A DNA stretch of 64,000 nucleotides from an uncultured Elusimicrobia bacterium (lineage in GTDB: Bacteria > Elusimicrobiota > Elusimicrobia > FEN-1173), in the NCBI GenBank assembly GCA_964484135.1, contig CAZAEL010000003.1:4306-68305 (forward strand), read 5' to 3'. This document shows positions 20,087 through 31,361 of the stretch, piece after piece. Below the pieces are notes generated by a model that searched no databases, had not been told where the DNA came from, and saw only the letters and a program-made list of their open reading frames with translations. Each line of letters begins with the position of its first letter. Position 1 is the stretch's first letter. The translations under genes were made by a program, and so were the position numbers.

Positions 20087-20728
20087 ATGCCCGCACGGAA
20101 CCGCTCCGCCTCCCGCGCACGCGAAACCACGGAAACCTCCGTCCGGATGGAGCTGGACCTGGACGGCCGGGGCCGGTACGGGGTGAAGACCACCTTGCCG
20201 TTCCTGGACCACATGCTGGAGCTTTTCGCCAAGCACGGCAACTTCGACCTGGCGGTGAAGGCCAAGGGCGACACGCACATCGACGACCACCACCTGGTGG
20301 AGGACATCGGCATCGTGCTGGGGGAGGTCCTGGCCGAGGCCCTGGGCGACAAGCGGGGCGTGGTCCGGTACGGCCAGGCCCTGCGGCCGGAACGGGACAG
20401 GCCGCCCCGGCAGGGCCGCGCGCTGACGCCCATGGACGAGACCCTTTCCTACGTGGCGCTGGACCTGTCGGGCCGCCCCTATTTCGACTTCAAGGTGCGG
20501 TTCCGGCCCCAGAGCAAGGCGCCCTTTTCCTTCGAGCTGCTGGAGGATTTTTTCCAGGCCGTGGCCTTCAGCGCCAAGATGAACCTGCACATGAAGCTTT
20601 TGCAGGGCCGCAACAACCACCACATCGCGGAGTCCCTGTTCAAGGGGTTCGGCCGGGCCCTGGCCCAGGCCGTGGCCCTGGACCCGCGCCGCGCCGCCGC
20701 GGTCCCTTCCACCAAAGGACGCCTGTGA
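20087..20728 (+). CDS. hisB: Imidazoleglycerol-phosphate dehydratase
   Basis: RETTETSVRMELDLDGRG ... LPFLDHML ... IGPD motifs. AAGGAG Shine-Dalgarno. Confidence 0.9.
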   Translation: MPARNRSASRARETTETSVRMELDLDGRGRYGVKTTLPFLDHMLELFAKHGNFDLAVKAKGDTHIDDHHLVEDIGIVLGEVLAEALGDKRGVVRYGQALRPERDRPPRQGRALTPMDETLSYVALDLSGRPYFDFKVRFRPQSKAPFSFELLEDFFQAVAFSAKMNLHMKLLQGRNNHHIAESLFKGFGRALAQAVALDPRRAAAVPSTKGRL

Positions 20729-20729
20729 C

Positions 20730-21374
20730 GTGAGCCGGCGGGCTCCGGCCCCGCGCCGCCGTGTCGGCGTGGTGGACTACGGCATGGGGAACCTGCGCTC
20801 CGTGGCCAAATCCCTGGAGGCGGTGGGGGCGCGGGTCGCCGTGTCCGATGATCGCCGCGTCCTGGAGCGGTGCGACCTGCTGGTCCTGCCGGGGCAGGGA
20901 AAGTTCGACACGGCCATGTCCGTGCTGCGGTCCCGGGGTCTGGTGGATTTCGTGAAGTCCTGGGTCCGCGAGGGCCGGCCCTATCTGGGGATCTGCCTGG
21001 GACTGCAGCTCCTGTTCGAGGGCAGCGAGGAGTCGCCCGGCCGGAAAGGGTTGTGCCTTTTCCCGGGCCGGGTCCGGCGGTTTCGGCCCTCCTCTTCCCG
21101 ACTGAAGGTCCCGCACATGGGGTGGAACCGGGCGGTCCCGGTCGGCGGCGCGAGCCGGCTTTTGTCCGCCCCGGACCATTTTTATTTCGTCCATTCCTAT
21201 TTCGTGGATCCGGAAGAAAAGTCCGCGGTCTGGCTGGAGACCGATTACGGCCGGCGTTTTTGTTCCGCCGTGGCCCGGGGCGGCCTGGTGGCCACCCAGT
21301 TCCACCCGGAAAAAAGCGGCGGGAGCGGGCTCCGCCTCCTGAAGAACGTGCTGGCCGGGACGGGACCGTGCTGA
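20730..21374 (+). CDS. hisH: Imidazole glycerol phosphate synthase glutamine amidotransferase subunit (GTG start; exact start uncertain)
   Basis: VGVVDYGMGNLRS, GICLGLQLL and HSYF motifs. Confidence 0.85.
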   Translation: MSRRAPAPRRRVGVVDYGMGNLRSVAKSLEAVGARVAVSDDRRVLERCDLLVLPGQGKFDTAMSVLRSRGLVDFVKSWVREGRPYLGICLGLQLLFEGSEESPGRKGLCLFPGRVRRFRPSSSRLKVPHMGWNRAVPVGGASRLLSAPDHFYFVHSYFVDPEEKSAVWLETDYGRRFCSAVARGGLVATQFHPEKSGGSGLRLLKNVLAGTGPC

Positions 21375-22087
21375 TCATCCCCGCGGTGGACATCCGGGGG
21401 GGGCGGTGCGTGCGCCTGGTCCACGGGGACCCGGCCAATGAGACCGTGTACTCCGAGGACCCGGCGGAGGAGGCCAAGGCCTGGGCGGCCCAGGGCGCCA
21501 AGCGCGTCCACGTGGTGGACCTGGACGCGGCCATGGGCAAGGGCTCCAACCTGGATTTGATCCTCCGCATCCGGCGCGCCGTGTCCTGCGAGGTGCAGGT
21601 GGGCGGCGGGGTGCGGGGCCCGGAGGTCCTGGACCGCCTCCTGACGGGCGGGGTGGACCGGGTGGTCCTGGGCACGGCGATCTTCAAGGACCCGGACTGG
21701 ACGCGGGCGGCGCTCAAGAAATACCCCGGCCGCCTCATGGCCGGCCTGGACGCGCGCGAGGGAGAGGTCCGGGTGGAGGGCTGGCGGGAAGGCAGCGGCC
21801 GTCCCGTGGCCGAGGCCGTCCGGCACGTCGCGGCCCTGGGGTTCGAAGAGGTGATTTTCACGGACATCGGACGGGACGGCGCCCTCCAAGGCGTCAACGT
21901 GGAGGCGACCCGGGCCGCGCTGGCCGCGGCGCGGGTGGGCGTTTACGCCTCCGGCGGCGTGACCTCGGCGGCGGACATCCGCGCCCTCAAGGCCCTGGAA
22001 CCCCTGGGGCTCAGGGGCTGCGTGGTGGGCAAGGCGCTGTACGACGGGCGGCTGTCCTTCGCCGAGGCCCTGGCCGCGGCGCGCTGA
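21368..22087 (+). CDS. hisA: 1-(5-phosphoribosyl)-5-[(5-phosphoribosylamino)methylideneamino]imidazole-4-carboxamide isomerase (GTG start)
   Basis: [20 protein letters not shown] ... [11 protein letters not shown] ... SGGVTS pattern. Overlaps the hisH stop. Confidence 0.8.
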   Translation: MLIIPAVDIRGGRCVRLVHGDPANETVYSEDPAEEAKAWAAQGAKRVHVVDLDAAMGKGSNLDLILRIRRAVSCEVQVGGGVRGPEVLDRLLTGGVDRVVLGTAIFKDPDWTRAALKKYPGRLMAGLDAREGEVRVEGWREGSGRPVAEAVRHVAALGFEEVIFTDIGRDGALQGVNVEATRAALAAARVGVYASGGVTSAADIRALKALEPLGLRGCVVGKALYDGRLSFAEALAAAR

Positions 22088-22845
22088 TGCTGACCCGACG
22101 CATCATCCCCTGCCTGGACGTGGACGCCGGGCGCGTGGTCAAGGGCACCCGGTTCCTGAACCTGCGGGACGCGGGCGACCCGGTGGAGGTGGCCAAGCGG
22201 TACGACCGGGAAGGCGCGGACGAGCTGGTGTTCCTGGACATCACGGCCTCGGCCCAGAAGCGGCCCATCCTCCTGGACGTGGTGCGCCGCACCGCGGAGC
22301 GGGTCTTCATCCCTTTGACCGTGGGCGGCGGCGTGCGGACCGTGGAAGACGTCCGCACCCTGCTCAACGCCGGCGCGGACAAGGTGTCCATGAACACCGC
22401 CGCGGTGGAAGACCCGGGCCTGATCCGGCGCGCGGCCGCGCATTTCGGGGCCCAGTGCATCGTGGTGGCGATCGACGCCAAGCGGCGGGGGCGCGGGGGC
22501 TGGGAGGTGTACACCCACGGCGGGCGCACGCCCACGGGTTTGGACGCGGTCCAATGGGCGCGCCGGGCCGCGCGTTTGGGCGCGGGAGAAATCCTTTTGA
22601 CCAGCATGGATTGCGACGGCACCAAGGCGGGGTACGACGAGGCCCTGCTCCGGGCCGTGTGCCGGGCCGTGTCCGTGCCCGTGATCGCCTCCGGCGGGGC
22701 CGGGGCCATGGCCCATTTCGACCGCGCCTTCCGGGCCGGGGCGGACGCGGCCCTGGCCGCCTCGCTGTTCCATTTCCGCGAATTGTCCATTAAGGGTTTG
22801 AAGAAGTACTTATCCGGACGAAAGGTGGCCATGAGAACCGTATGA
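22087..22845 (+). CDS. hisF: Imidazole glycerol phosphate synthase cyclase subunit
   Basis: [19 protein letters not shown] ... [11 protein letters not shown] ... TVGGGVR pattern. TGATG overlap with hisA. Confidence 0.95.
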   Translation: MLTRRIIPCLDVDAGRVVKGTRFLNLRDAGDPVEVAKRYDREGADELVFLDITASAQKRPILLDVVRRTAERVFIPLTVGGGVRTVEDVRTLLNAGADKVSMNTAAVEDPGLIRRAAAHFGAQCIVVAIDAKRRGRGGWEVYTHGGRTPTGLDAVQWARRAARLGAGEILLTSMDCDGTKAGYDEALLRAVCRAVSVPVIASGGAGAMAHFDRAFRAGADAALAASLFHFRELSIKGLKKYLSGRKVAMRTV

Positions 22846-23240
22846 GCGCGTATCCGTGGGTTGATTCCGTGAAGTTCGATGACAAGGGGCTTGTCCCGGC
22901 GGTGGTGCAGGACGCGGACGACGGCGTCCTGCTGATGGTGGCGTACATGAACCGGGAGGCTTTGCTGGAAACTCTGAAGACCGGGCGCGGCGTTTTTTTC
23001 AGCCGGTCCCGCAACAAGCTGTGGCGGAAGGGCGAGGAGTCCGGCAACGTTCAGCAGGTGAAGTCCGTGGCGCTGGACTGCGACAAGGACTGCGTCCTCC
23101 TCCGCGTCAAACAGGTGGGGGGCGCGGCCTGCCACACGGGGCGGCGGTCCTGTTTTTTCCACCACGTGGAGGCCGATGGCGGCCTGGCCGTGCGGGGGGA
23201 ACAGCTCTTCGATCCGGACAAGGTGTATAAAAAGGGCTGA
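22842..23240 (+). CDS. hisI: Phosphoribosyl-AMP cyclohydrolase
   Basis: [25 protein letters not shown] ... [10 protein letters not shown] motifs. No fused HisE domain. Confidence 0.9.
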   Translation: MSAYPWVDSVKFDDKGLVPAVVQDADDGVLLMVAYMNREALLETLKTGRGVFFSRSRNKLWRKGEESGNVQQVKSVALDCDKDCVLLRVKQVGGAACHTGRRSCFFHHVEADGGLAVRGEQLFDPDKVYKKG

Positions 23241-23263
23241 AGGGCGGGACCGCGCGCCTTGCC

Positions 23264-23766
23264 ATGCGCCGCTGGCTCTTTCTTTTGACGTTGGGCGCCC
23301 TGGGCGCCTGGCTGCTTCGGACGTTCTTTTTTGAAGGCATCGTGATCGTCACCGGTTCCATGGAGCCGACCCTGCCGGTGGGGCGCCACGCCTTCGTGAA
23401 CAAATGGGCGTACCGTTTCCGGCCTCCGGAACGGGGCGACATCGTGGTCTTTCCGTCGCCCGTGGGGGACAAGGAGATGGTCAAGCGGGTGATCGCGGTG
23501 GCGGGAGACGAGGTGGCCCTGCGGGACAAAAAGGTCATCCTGAACGGCCGTCCCCTGGAGGAGCCTTACGTGCAGTACACCCGTCCCGGCGAAATCCTCA
23601 AGGGGGACAACCTGGAGCCGACGCGGGTCCCGCGGGACCATGTGTTCCTTTTGGGGGACAACCGGGACCAGTCCGGCGACAGCCGGGACTGGGTGAGGCC
23701 CGACACCGGGGAACACGTCTATTTTGTTCATGTGAGCCGACTGAAAGGGAAGTTGATGGGAGCGAA

Positions 23767-23770
<4 letters not shown>
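23264..23770 (+). CDS. lepB: Signal peptidase I
   Basis: TM segment, [16 protein letters not shown] and [12 protein letters not shown] boxes. Confidence 0.9.
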
Positions 23771-25250
<1,480 letters not shown>

Positions 25251-25254
<4 letters not shown>

Positions 25255-25826
25255 TCCTCGTCATCGACAACTACGATTCCTTCACCTACAACCTGGTCCA
25301 GTACCTGGGCGAGCTGAAGCGGAGGGTACGCGTGGCGCGGAACGACGAAATCTCCCTGGCGGACATCCGCGCCCTCGGGCCCAGCCACATCCTCGTGTCG
25401 CCGGGGCCCTGCACCCCCAAGGAAGCGGGGATCTCGGTGCCGGTGTTCCGGGAATTCGCGGGCCGCGTCCCGATCCTGGGCGTCTGCCTGGGACACCAGT
25501 CCCTCGGTTACGCCTTCGGCGGCAAGGTCGTCCGGGCCAGGCGCCTCATGCACGGCAAGACCTCCCGCATCCGGCACGACCGCAAGGGCGTTTTTCTGGG
25601 TCTGCCCAACCCCTTCACGGCCACGCGGTACCATTCCCTGGTGGTGGAGCGGAAGAGCCTGCCCCGGGAGCTGGAGGTCACGGCGACCGCGGAGGACGGG
25701 GAGATCATGGGCTTGCGCCACCGGCGGCTGCCCTGCGTGGAGGGGGTCCAGTTCCACCCCGAGTCCATTTTGACGGAACACGGCCGGGACCTGCTGCGGA
25801 ATTTTCTCCGGGCCAAGATCGGGTAG
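25251..25826 (+). CDS. trpG: Anthranilate synthase component II (glutamine amidotransferase)
   Basis: [26 protein letters not shown] and FHPES motifs. ATGA overlap with trpE. Confidence 0.9.
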
Positions 25827-25839
25827 GGAGGGCGTCGGG

Positions 25840-26868
25840 ATGATCCAGGGGGCCATCGCCAAGCTGGCGGAAAGAAAGAACCTGACGGCGGAGGAAGCGC
25901 GGGAGGTGACGGGGGAAATCCTGGGCGGGCGGGCCACGCCCTCCCAGATCGCGGGTTTCCTGGTGGCGTTGCGCATGAAGGGCGAGACCGTGGAGGAAAT
26001 CGCGGGCTGCGCCCAGGCCATGCGGGACGCGGCCGCCCGCATCACGCTCGACGCGCCGGTGGTGGTGGACACCTGCGGCACCGGCGGCGACAAGAAGGGC
26101 AGCTTCAACATTTCCACGGCGGCCGCCTTCGTGGCGGCCGGCGCCGGCTTCACGGTGGCCAAGCACGGGAACCGTTCCGTCTCCTCGCAGTGCGGCAGCG
26201 CGGACGTCCTGGAGGTCCTGGGCGTCAAGGTGGACCCGCCGACCGCGGTGGTGGAGCGGTGCCTGAAGGAGATCGGCATCGCCTTCCTTTTCGCGCCCGC
26301 TTTCCATCCGGCCATGCGCCACGCCATGCCCACGCGGCGGGAGCTGGGCCTGCGGACGGTGTTCAACATCCTGGGGCCCCTCTGCAACCCGGCCGGGGCC
26401 AACGCCCAGGTGATCGGGGTTTATTCCGCCGCCCTGCTGGAGACCGTGGCCCGGGTGCTGTCGCGACTGGGCGCCGCGCAGGCCATGGTGGTGCACAGCC
26501 GGGGGCACGACGAGGTCACGCTGTACGGCCCCACCTCGGTGGTCGAGATCGTTGACGGAAAGCTGAGGAAGCGGACACTCTCCCCCAAGGACTTCGGCTT
26601 CAAGAAGCAGAAGGGCGACGTGTTGCGCGGGGGGACCCGGGAAGAAAACGCCAAGGTGATCCAGCGCGTCCTGGGCGGAGAGAAGGGCCATGCGCGGGAC
26701 GTGGTGGTGGCGACCGCGGCCCTGGCCATCCTGGTGGCCTCGCGCGCCGGCGGGCGCGGCGCCAAAAATCTCAAGGAGGCCCGCGCGGCCGCGGAACGGT
26801 CCATTGATTCGGGGGCCGCCTTGGAGAAGTTGCAAAAGCTGGCGGCTTTGAGTCATCAACAGCCGTGA
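25840..26868 (+). CDS. trpD: Anthranilate phosphoribosyltransferase
   Basis: VDTCGTGGDKKGSFNISTAAAFVAAGAG ... KHGNRSVSS motifs. Confidence 0.9.
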   Translation: MIQGAIAKLAERKNLTAEEAREVTGEILGGRATPSQIAGFLVALRMKGETVEEIAGCAQAMRDAAARITLDAPVVVDTCGTGGDKKGSFNISTAAAFVAAGAGFTVAKHGNRSVSSQCGSADVLEVLGVKVDPPTAVVERCLKEIGIAFLFAPAFHPAMRHAMPTRRELGLRTVFNILGPLCNPAGANAQVIGVYSAALLETVARVLSRLGAAQAMVVHSRGHDEVTLYGPTSVVEIVDGKLRKRTLSPKDFGFKKQKGDVLRGGTREENAKVIQRVLGGEKGHARDVVVATAALAILVASRAGGRGAKNLKEARAAAERSIDSGAALEKLQKLAALSHQQP

Positions 26869-26878
26869 CAAGGCGTTG

Positions 26879-26963
26879 CGTGTCACGTGAAACGTGCCCA
26901 AAAAGGGCACGGATCGGCATGAATTTGTATTTCACGGATCACGTCACACGTGACACGGTTTTT
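26879..26963 (+). repeat. Structured trpD-trpC intergenic element: perfect 11-bp inverted repeat CGTGTCACGTG ... CACGTGACACG flanking an inner GTGCCC-AAAAA-GGGCAC hairpin, followed by TTTTT
   Basis: Arms at 26879-26889 and 26947-26957. Inner hairpin at 26894-26910. U-run at 26959-26963, immediately before the trpC ATG at 26972. Each arm contains the self-palindrome TCACGTGA. Confidence 0.5.
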
Positions 26964-26971
26964 AGAAAACG

Positions 26972-27760
26972 ATGAAAGCCGGCCTGGCCCGCATCGTCCA
27001 GCGCAAGCAGATGGACCTCTTGCGCCTGAAGGTCAAGTGCCCTTTGTCTCGGCTGGAAGCCCGGATCCGGCGCGTCCCTCCGGCCCGGCCCTTTCTGAAA
27101 GCCATCGCGGACGGGGGGGCCGTGGCCTTGATCGCGGAGCTGAAGAGGTTCAGCCCCTCGGCGGGGCGCCTGCGCGCGCCCTACGACGTGCCCTTGGGCG
27201 CCAGGGCCTACGCCCGCGGGGGGGCCCGGGCCCTGTCCGTCCTGACGGAGCGGCATTTCTTCGGGGGCCGGCTCGAGCACATCGCCCTGGCCAAAAGGGC
27301 CGTGACCCTGCCGGTGTTGCGCAAGGATTTCCTTTTCGACCCGTACCAGGTGTACGAGTCCCGCGCCGCGGGCGCGGACGCCGTGCTTTTGATCGCGGCC
27401 CTGCTGAGGCCGTGGGAGCTGAAAAGCCTGGCCGGGTTGGCGCTGTCCTTGGGCATGACGCCCCTGGTGGAGGTCCATGACCCGTCTGAGCTGGGGCCGG
27501 CCCTGGACAGCGGCGCGCCGGCCATCGGCGTCAACAGCCGGAATTTGAGCGACCTGTCCATGGACCCCGCGGCTTTCCGAAAGATCGTCCCGAAAATCCC
27601 CCGGGACCGGGCGGTGGTGGCGGAGAGCGGCATCAAAGGCCCGGATGAGATCCGGGTTTTGAAAAAACTGGGGGTCAACGCGGTCCTGGTGGGGGAGTCC
27701 CTGCTCCGCCAAAAGGACCTGGAAGCCGCGGCCCGGCAACTGGCCGAAGCGGGAGGTTGA
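26972..27760 (+). CDS. trpC: Indole-3-glycerol phosphate synthase
   Basis: IAELKRFSPSAG ... LRKDFLFDPYQVYESRAAGADAVLLI ... GVNSRNL motifs. Confidence 0.9.
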   Translation: MKAGLARIVQRKQMDLLRLKVKCPLSRLEARIRRVPPARPFLKAIADGGAVALIAELKRFSPSAGRLRAPYDVPLGARAYARGGARALSVLTERHFFGGRLEHIALAKRAVTLPVLRKDFLFDPYQVYESRAAGADAVLLIAALLRPWELKSLAGLALSLGMTPLVEVHDPSELGPALDSGAPAIGVNSRNLSDLSMDPAAFRKIVPKIPRDRAVVAESGIKGPDEIRVLKKLGVNAVLVGESLLRQKDLEAAARQLAEAGG

Positions 27761-27762
27761 GC

Positions 27763-28398
27763 ATGGCGGTCAAAGTCAAAATCTGCGGCGTCACCAACGA
27801 GGAGGACGCCACCTGGGCGGTCAACCTGGGGGCGCATTTCATCGGGCTGAATTTCCATTCCGGGAGCCCGCGCAAGGTCTCGCCGGAGCTGGCGGCCCGC
27901 ATCGCGAAAAAGGTGCCCTCCTTCGTGCCCTGCGTGGGCGTGTTCGTGGAGCAGGGCGTGGACGAGATCGTGAAGATCGCGCAGAAGACGGGGCTCATGG
28001 GCGTCCAGCTCCACGGGGACCAGACCCCGGAGGATTGCCGCGTCCTCTCCGAGAGGCTGGAGACCTTCATCATCAAGGCCTTCCGCGTGGCGCAGGAGAG
28101 CGACCTGGAGGCCCTGGCGCCCTACCAGTACGTCTGCAAATATTTCTTGCTCGACGCCCGCGTGGAGGGCGAGACGGGCGGCACGGGGCAGACCTTTCCC
28201 TGGGAGCTGGCCCAGCGGGCCGGGGCCTTCAAGGTGCCCCTCTTCGTGGCCGGCGGCCTGACGCCGGAGAACGTGCGCGAAGCCGTGAAACAGACCCAGC
28301 CCTTCGCCGTGGACGTGGCCTCGGGCGTGGAAAAGTCGCCCAAACGCAAGGACTACGACAAACTCAAGGCTTTCATCGAACAGGCCCAGCGGGGATAA
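27763..28398 (+). CDS. trpF: Phosphoribosylanthranilate isomerase
   Basis: VKICGVTNEEDA ... HFIGLNFHSGSPRKV ... GVQLHGDQ motifs. ATG 27763 is 6 nt after a GGAGG Shine-Dalgarno. The ORF track starts 6 nt earlier at TTG 27757. Confidence 0.85.
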   Translation: MAVKVKICGVTNEEDATWAVNLGAHFIGLNFHSGSPRKVSPELAARIAKKVPSFVPCVGVFVEQGVDEIVKIAQKTGLMGVQLHGDQTPEDCRVLSERLETFIIKAFRVAQESDLEALAPYQYVCKYFLLDARVEGETGGTGQTFPWELAQRAGAFKVPLFVAGGLTPENVREAVKQTQPFAVDVASGVEKSPKRKDYDKLKAFIEQAQRG

Positions 28399-28420
28399 AA
28401 AGGCGCAAAAAGTGAGAGGT

Positions 28421-28498
28421 GGGAAGTGAGAAGTCAAAAGATCGGGAAGAGAAAAGAGCTCGGGAGAATGGTTTTTCACTTCTCACTTGTCACTTCCC
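28421..28498 (+). repeat. Imperfect long inverted repeat in the trpF-trpB intergenic region: a purine-rich arm (GGGAAGTGAGAAGTCAAAAG...) and a pyrimidine-rich complementary arm (...CACTTCTCACTTGTCACTTCCC)
   Basis: Terminal 9-bp GGGAAGTGA/TCACTTCCC and internal GAAGT/ACTTC pairings. An A/G-rich loop GAAGAGAAAAGAGCTCGGGAGAA. Lies 12 nt upstream of the trpB ATG. Confidence 0.4.
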
Positions 28499-28510
28499 AG
28501 GCCGTTGGTT

Positions 28511-29698
28511 ATGCTGCCTGACCGTCGCGGTTACTTCGGCCCGTACGGCGGACGCTTCGTCCCGGAAACCCTGGTGGCGCCCCTGGAGGAGCTGGAAGCC
28601 TCCTTCCGGCGGGCCCGGGCCGACGCGTCCTTCCGGCGGGAGCTCGGGGACCTGCTCCGCCGGTTCGCGGGACGGCCCACGCCGCTCCTCTTCGCCCGGA
28701 ACCTGACGGCCCGCCTGAAGGGGCCGCGCGTCTATTTGAAGCGCGAAGACCTTTGCCACACCGGCGCCCACAAGATCAACAACACCCTGGGCCAATGCCT
28801 CCTGGCCAAGCGCCTGGGCAAGGGACGCGTCATCGCGGAGACCGGCGCGGGGCAACACGGCGTGGCCACGGCCACGGCCTGCGCGCTCCTGGGTCTGCGA
28901 TGCGAGGTGTACATGGGCGCGGAGGACATGGAGCGCCAGGCCCTGAACGTGTTCCGCATGCGCAGCATGGGCGCGCGCGTCCTGGCCGTGAACACCGGCT
29001 CCCGCACGCTCAAGGACGCCATCAACGAGGCCATGCGGGACTGGGTGACCAACGTGCGCAGCACGTTTTACTGCCTGGGCTCCGTGGTGGGGCCCCATCC
29101 GTACCCCTGGATGGTGCGGGAGTTCCAGAGCGTGATCGGGCGGGAGGTGGCGCGGCAGATCAGGGATTTCCAGCGCCGCGACCCGGACGCCCTGGTGGCC
29201 TGCGTGGGCGGGGGCTCCAACGCCATCGGGTTGTTCGCGCCCTTCTACGCCCGTAAATCGGTCAAAATGTACGGCGTGGAGGCGGGCGGCCGGGGCCTGG
29301 GCACGGGGAAACACGCCGCCACCCTGTGCGCGGGTTCTCCGGGCATTCTGCACGGCGCGTACACCTACGTGATGCAGGACCGGCACGGCCAGGTGTTGCC
29401 GACCCATTCGGTGTCCGCGGGGCTGGATTATCCGGCCGTGGGGCCGGAGCACGCTTTTTACAAGGATTCGGGCCGGGCCGCTTACGTCTCGGCCACGGAC
29501 CGGGAAGCCCTGGAAGGTTTTAAACTGTTGAACGCCACGGAGGGCCTCTCCGCCGCCTTGGAGTCGGCCCATGCCGTGGGTTTTTTGCCGAAACTGGCCC
29601 GTCGGATGTCCCGGTCCCAAAGCGTGGTGGTGTGCCTGTCCGGACGCGGAGACAAGGACATGGGGCAATTGCAGGAGCTTCTGGGGGCCGGCCGATGA
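28511..29698 (+). CDS. trpB: Tryptophan synthase beta chain
   Basis: [21 protein letters not shown] ... HTGAHKINN ... GGGSNAIG motifs. Confidence 0.95.
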   Translation: MLPDRRGYFGPYGGRFVPETLVAPLEELEASFRRARADASFRRELGDLLRRFAGRPTPLLFARNLTARLKGPRVYLKREDLCHTGAHKINNTLGQCLLAKRLGKGRVIAETGAGQHGVATATACALLGLRCEVYMGAEDMERQALNVFRMRSMGARVLAVNTGSRTLKDAINEAMRDWVTNVRSTFYCLGSVVGPHPYPWMVREFQSVIGREVARQIRDFQRRDPDALVACVGGGSNAIGLFAPFYARKSVKMYGVEAGGRGLGTGKHAATLCAGSPGILHGAYTYVMQDRHGQVLPTHSVSAGLDYPAVGPEHAFYKDSGRAAYVSATDREALEGFKLLNATEGLSAALESAHAVGFLPKLARRMSRSQSVVVCLSGRGDKDMGQLQELLGAGR

Positions 29699-30474
29699 AC
29701 CGGCTGGTCCGGCGGTTTCAGGAACTCCGGCGGGAGGGACGCAAGGCGTTCATCGCCTATTTGACGGCCGGGTACCCTTCTTTGGAGAAGACGCTCCTTT
29801 GCGCCCGGGAACTGGAACGGGCCGGCGCGGACGCGCTGGAGCTGGGCGTGCCCTTTTCCGACCCGGTGGCGGACGGGCCCACCATCCAGTTCTCCTCCCA
29901 AAAGGCGCTGGAAAAAGGAGCCACGTTGGAGAAAATCCTGCGCCTGGTGGAACGGCTCCGCCGGACCAGCCGGATGCCCGTGGTGCTCATGAGCTATTTG
30001 AATCCCATCCACCGCCGGGGGTACCGAACCTTCGCCCGGGACGCCCGCAGGGCGGGGGTGGACGGCCTCATCGTGCCGGACCTGATCCCGGAGGAGGCCG
30101 GCGCCTTGCGGCGGGCGCTGGAGGCCGAGGGGTTGGCGCTGATTTTCCTGGCCGCCCCCACGACGCCGCCGCGCCGGCGCCGGATGATCGCCGGGCGCAC
30201 CCGGGGGTTCTTGTACGCGGTGTCCTTGACGGGCGTGACCGGGGCGCGCCGGGCCATGCCGCAAGACACCGTCCGTTTTTTGAGGGAGTTGCGGAACGTT
30301 TCCAAGTCGCCGGTGGCCGTGGGGTTCGGCATTTCCCGGCCCGAGCAGGCCCGGCGGTTCGGGGCCCTGGCCGACGGGGTCATCGTGGGGTCGGCTTTCA
30401 TCGAAAAGCTGCGGCGGGGGCGGTCTTTGACGCCTCTGGCCCGTTCCCTGCGACGGGCTCTCGACGCCGTTTGA
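29695..30474 (+). CDS. trpA: Tryptophan synthase alpha chain
   Basis: [13 protein letters not shown] ... [18 protein letters not shown] ... VGFGIS motifs. ATGA overlap with trpB. Confidence 0.9.
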   Translation: MNRLVRRFQELRREGRKAFIAYLTAGYPSLEKTLLCARELERAGADALELGVPFSDPVADGPTIQFSSQKALEKGATLEKILRLVERLRRTSRMPVVLMSYLNPIHRRGYRTFARDARRAGVDGLIVPDLIPEEAGALRRALEAEGLALIFLAAPTTPPRRRRMIAGRTRGFLYAVSLTGVTGARRAMPQDTVRFLRELRNVSKSPVAVGFGISRPEQARRFGALADGVIVGSAFIEKLRRGRSLTPLARSLRRALDAV

Positions 30475-30512
30475 TTTTTTCAGTTTGACATTTCTGGGGG
30501 GAGGAAACAGTC

Positions 30513-31361
30513 ATGCCTGTTGACCAATCGGGACAGAAAAAGCGGGTGCCGGAAGGCCTTTGGACCAAATGCCCCAAATGCGAGCAGATCATCTACAACA
30601 AGGAGCTGGAGGCCAAGCAGAAGGTCTGCCCCAAATGCGGCCACGCCCTGCGCATGAGCGCCCGCGAGCGGGTGGCCCTGCTCCTGGAAAAAGGGTCCTT
30701 CAAGGAAATCGCCAAGGACCTTTCGCCCAAGGACCCCTTGGGCTTCTCGGACACCCAGCCGTACAAGGAACGCCTGAAGGAAAACCAGAAAAAGACCGGG
30801 GCGAAAGAAGCGGCCGTCGCGGGAGAGGGCCTGCTGGGGCCCGTCCGCGTGGCTTTCGTGGCCCTGGACTTCGACTTCATGGGCGGCAGCATGGGCAGCG
30901 TGGTGGGGGAAAAGGTCACCCTGGGCATCGAGCACGCGCTGGCCAATGAACTGCCCCTCCTGATCGTGTCCTCCTCCGGCGGCGCCCGCATGCAGGAGGG
31001 CATCCTGTCCCTGCTGCAGATGGCCAAGACCAGCGCGGCCCTGGCCCGTCTGCGGAAGGCGCGGCTGCCGTTCATTTCGCTCCTGTCCGATCCCACCACG
31101 GGCGGGGTGACCGCCTCCTTCGCCATGCTGGGGGACGTGATCGTGGCGGAGCCCAAGGCCCTGGTGGCCTTCGCCGGGCCGCGGGTCATCGAGCAGACCA
31201 TACGCCAGACCCTGCCGCAGGGGTTCCAGCAGGCCGAGTTCCTCTTGAAGCACGGCATGGTGGACATGGTGGTGGACCGGGCCCAGGTGAAGCAGACGCT
31301 CGTCAAGCTCTTCGGCTTTTTCCTCAAGGCGCGGGAAAAGCGCAAGGTTGCGCAAGGCTAA
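30513..31361 (+). CDS. accD: Acetyl-CoA carboxylase carboxyltransferase beta subunit
   Basis: N-terminal Zn ribbon CPKCEQIIY ... CPKCGH, then FDFMGGSMGSVVGEK ... SSGGARMQEG. Confidence 0.9.
   Translation: MPVDQSGQKKRVPEGLWTKCPKCEQIIYNKELEAKQKVCPKCGHALRMSARERVALLLEKGSFKEIAKDLSPKDPLGFSDTQPYKERLKENQKKTGAKEAAVAGEGLLGPVRVAFVALDFDFMGGSMGSVVGEKVTLGIEHALANELPLLIVSSSGGARMQEGILSLLQMAKTSAALARLRKARLPFISLLSDPTTGGVTASFAMLGDVIVAEPKALVAFAGPRVIEQTIRQTLPQGFQQAEFLLKHGMVDMVVDRAQVKQTLVKLFGFFLKAREKRKVAQG

Noticed and set aside
28399-28510. TRAP-like (G/U)AG triplet repeat RNA-binding site in the trpF-trpB spacer
   Set aside because: GAG triplets are present but are spaced 7-14 nt apart rather than the regular 2-3-nt spacers TRAP requires. 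TRAP is also a Firmicute system, and LptD here implies a diderm.
30494-30512. TTGACA hexamer 14 nt upstream of the accD start
   Set aside because: No -10 element fits between it and the Shine-Dalgarno/ATG. Likely fortuitous, or the real promoter lies inside the trpA 3' end.
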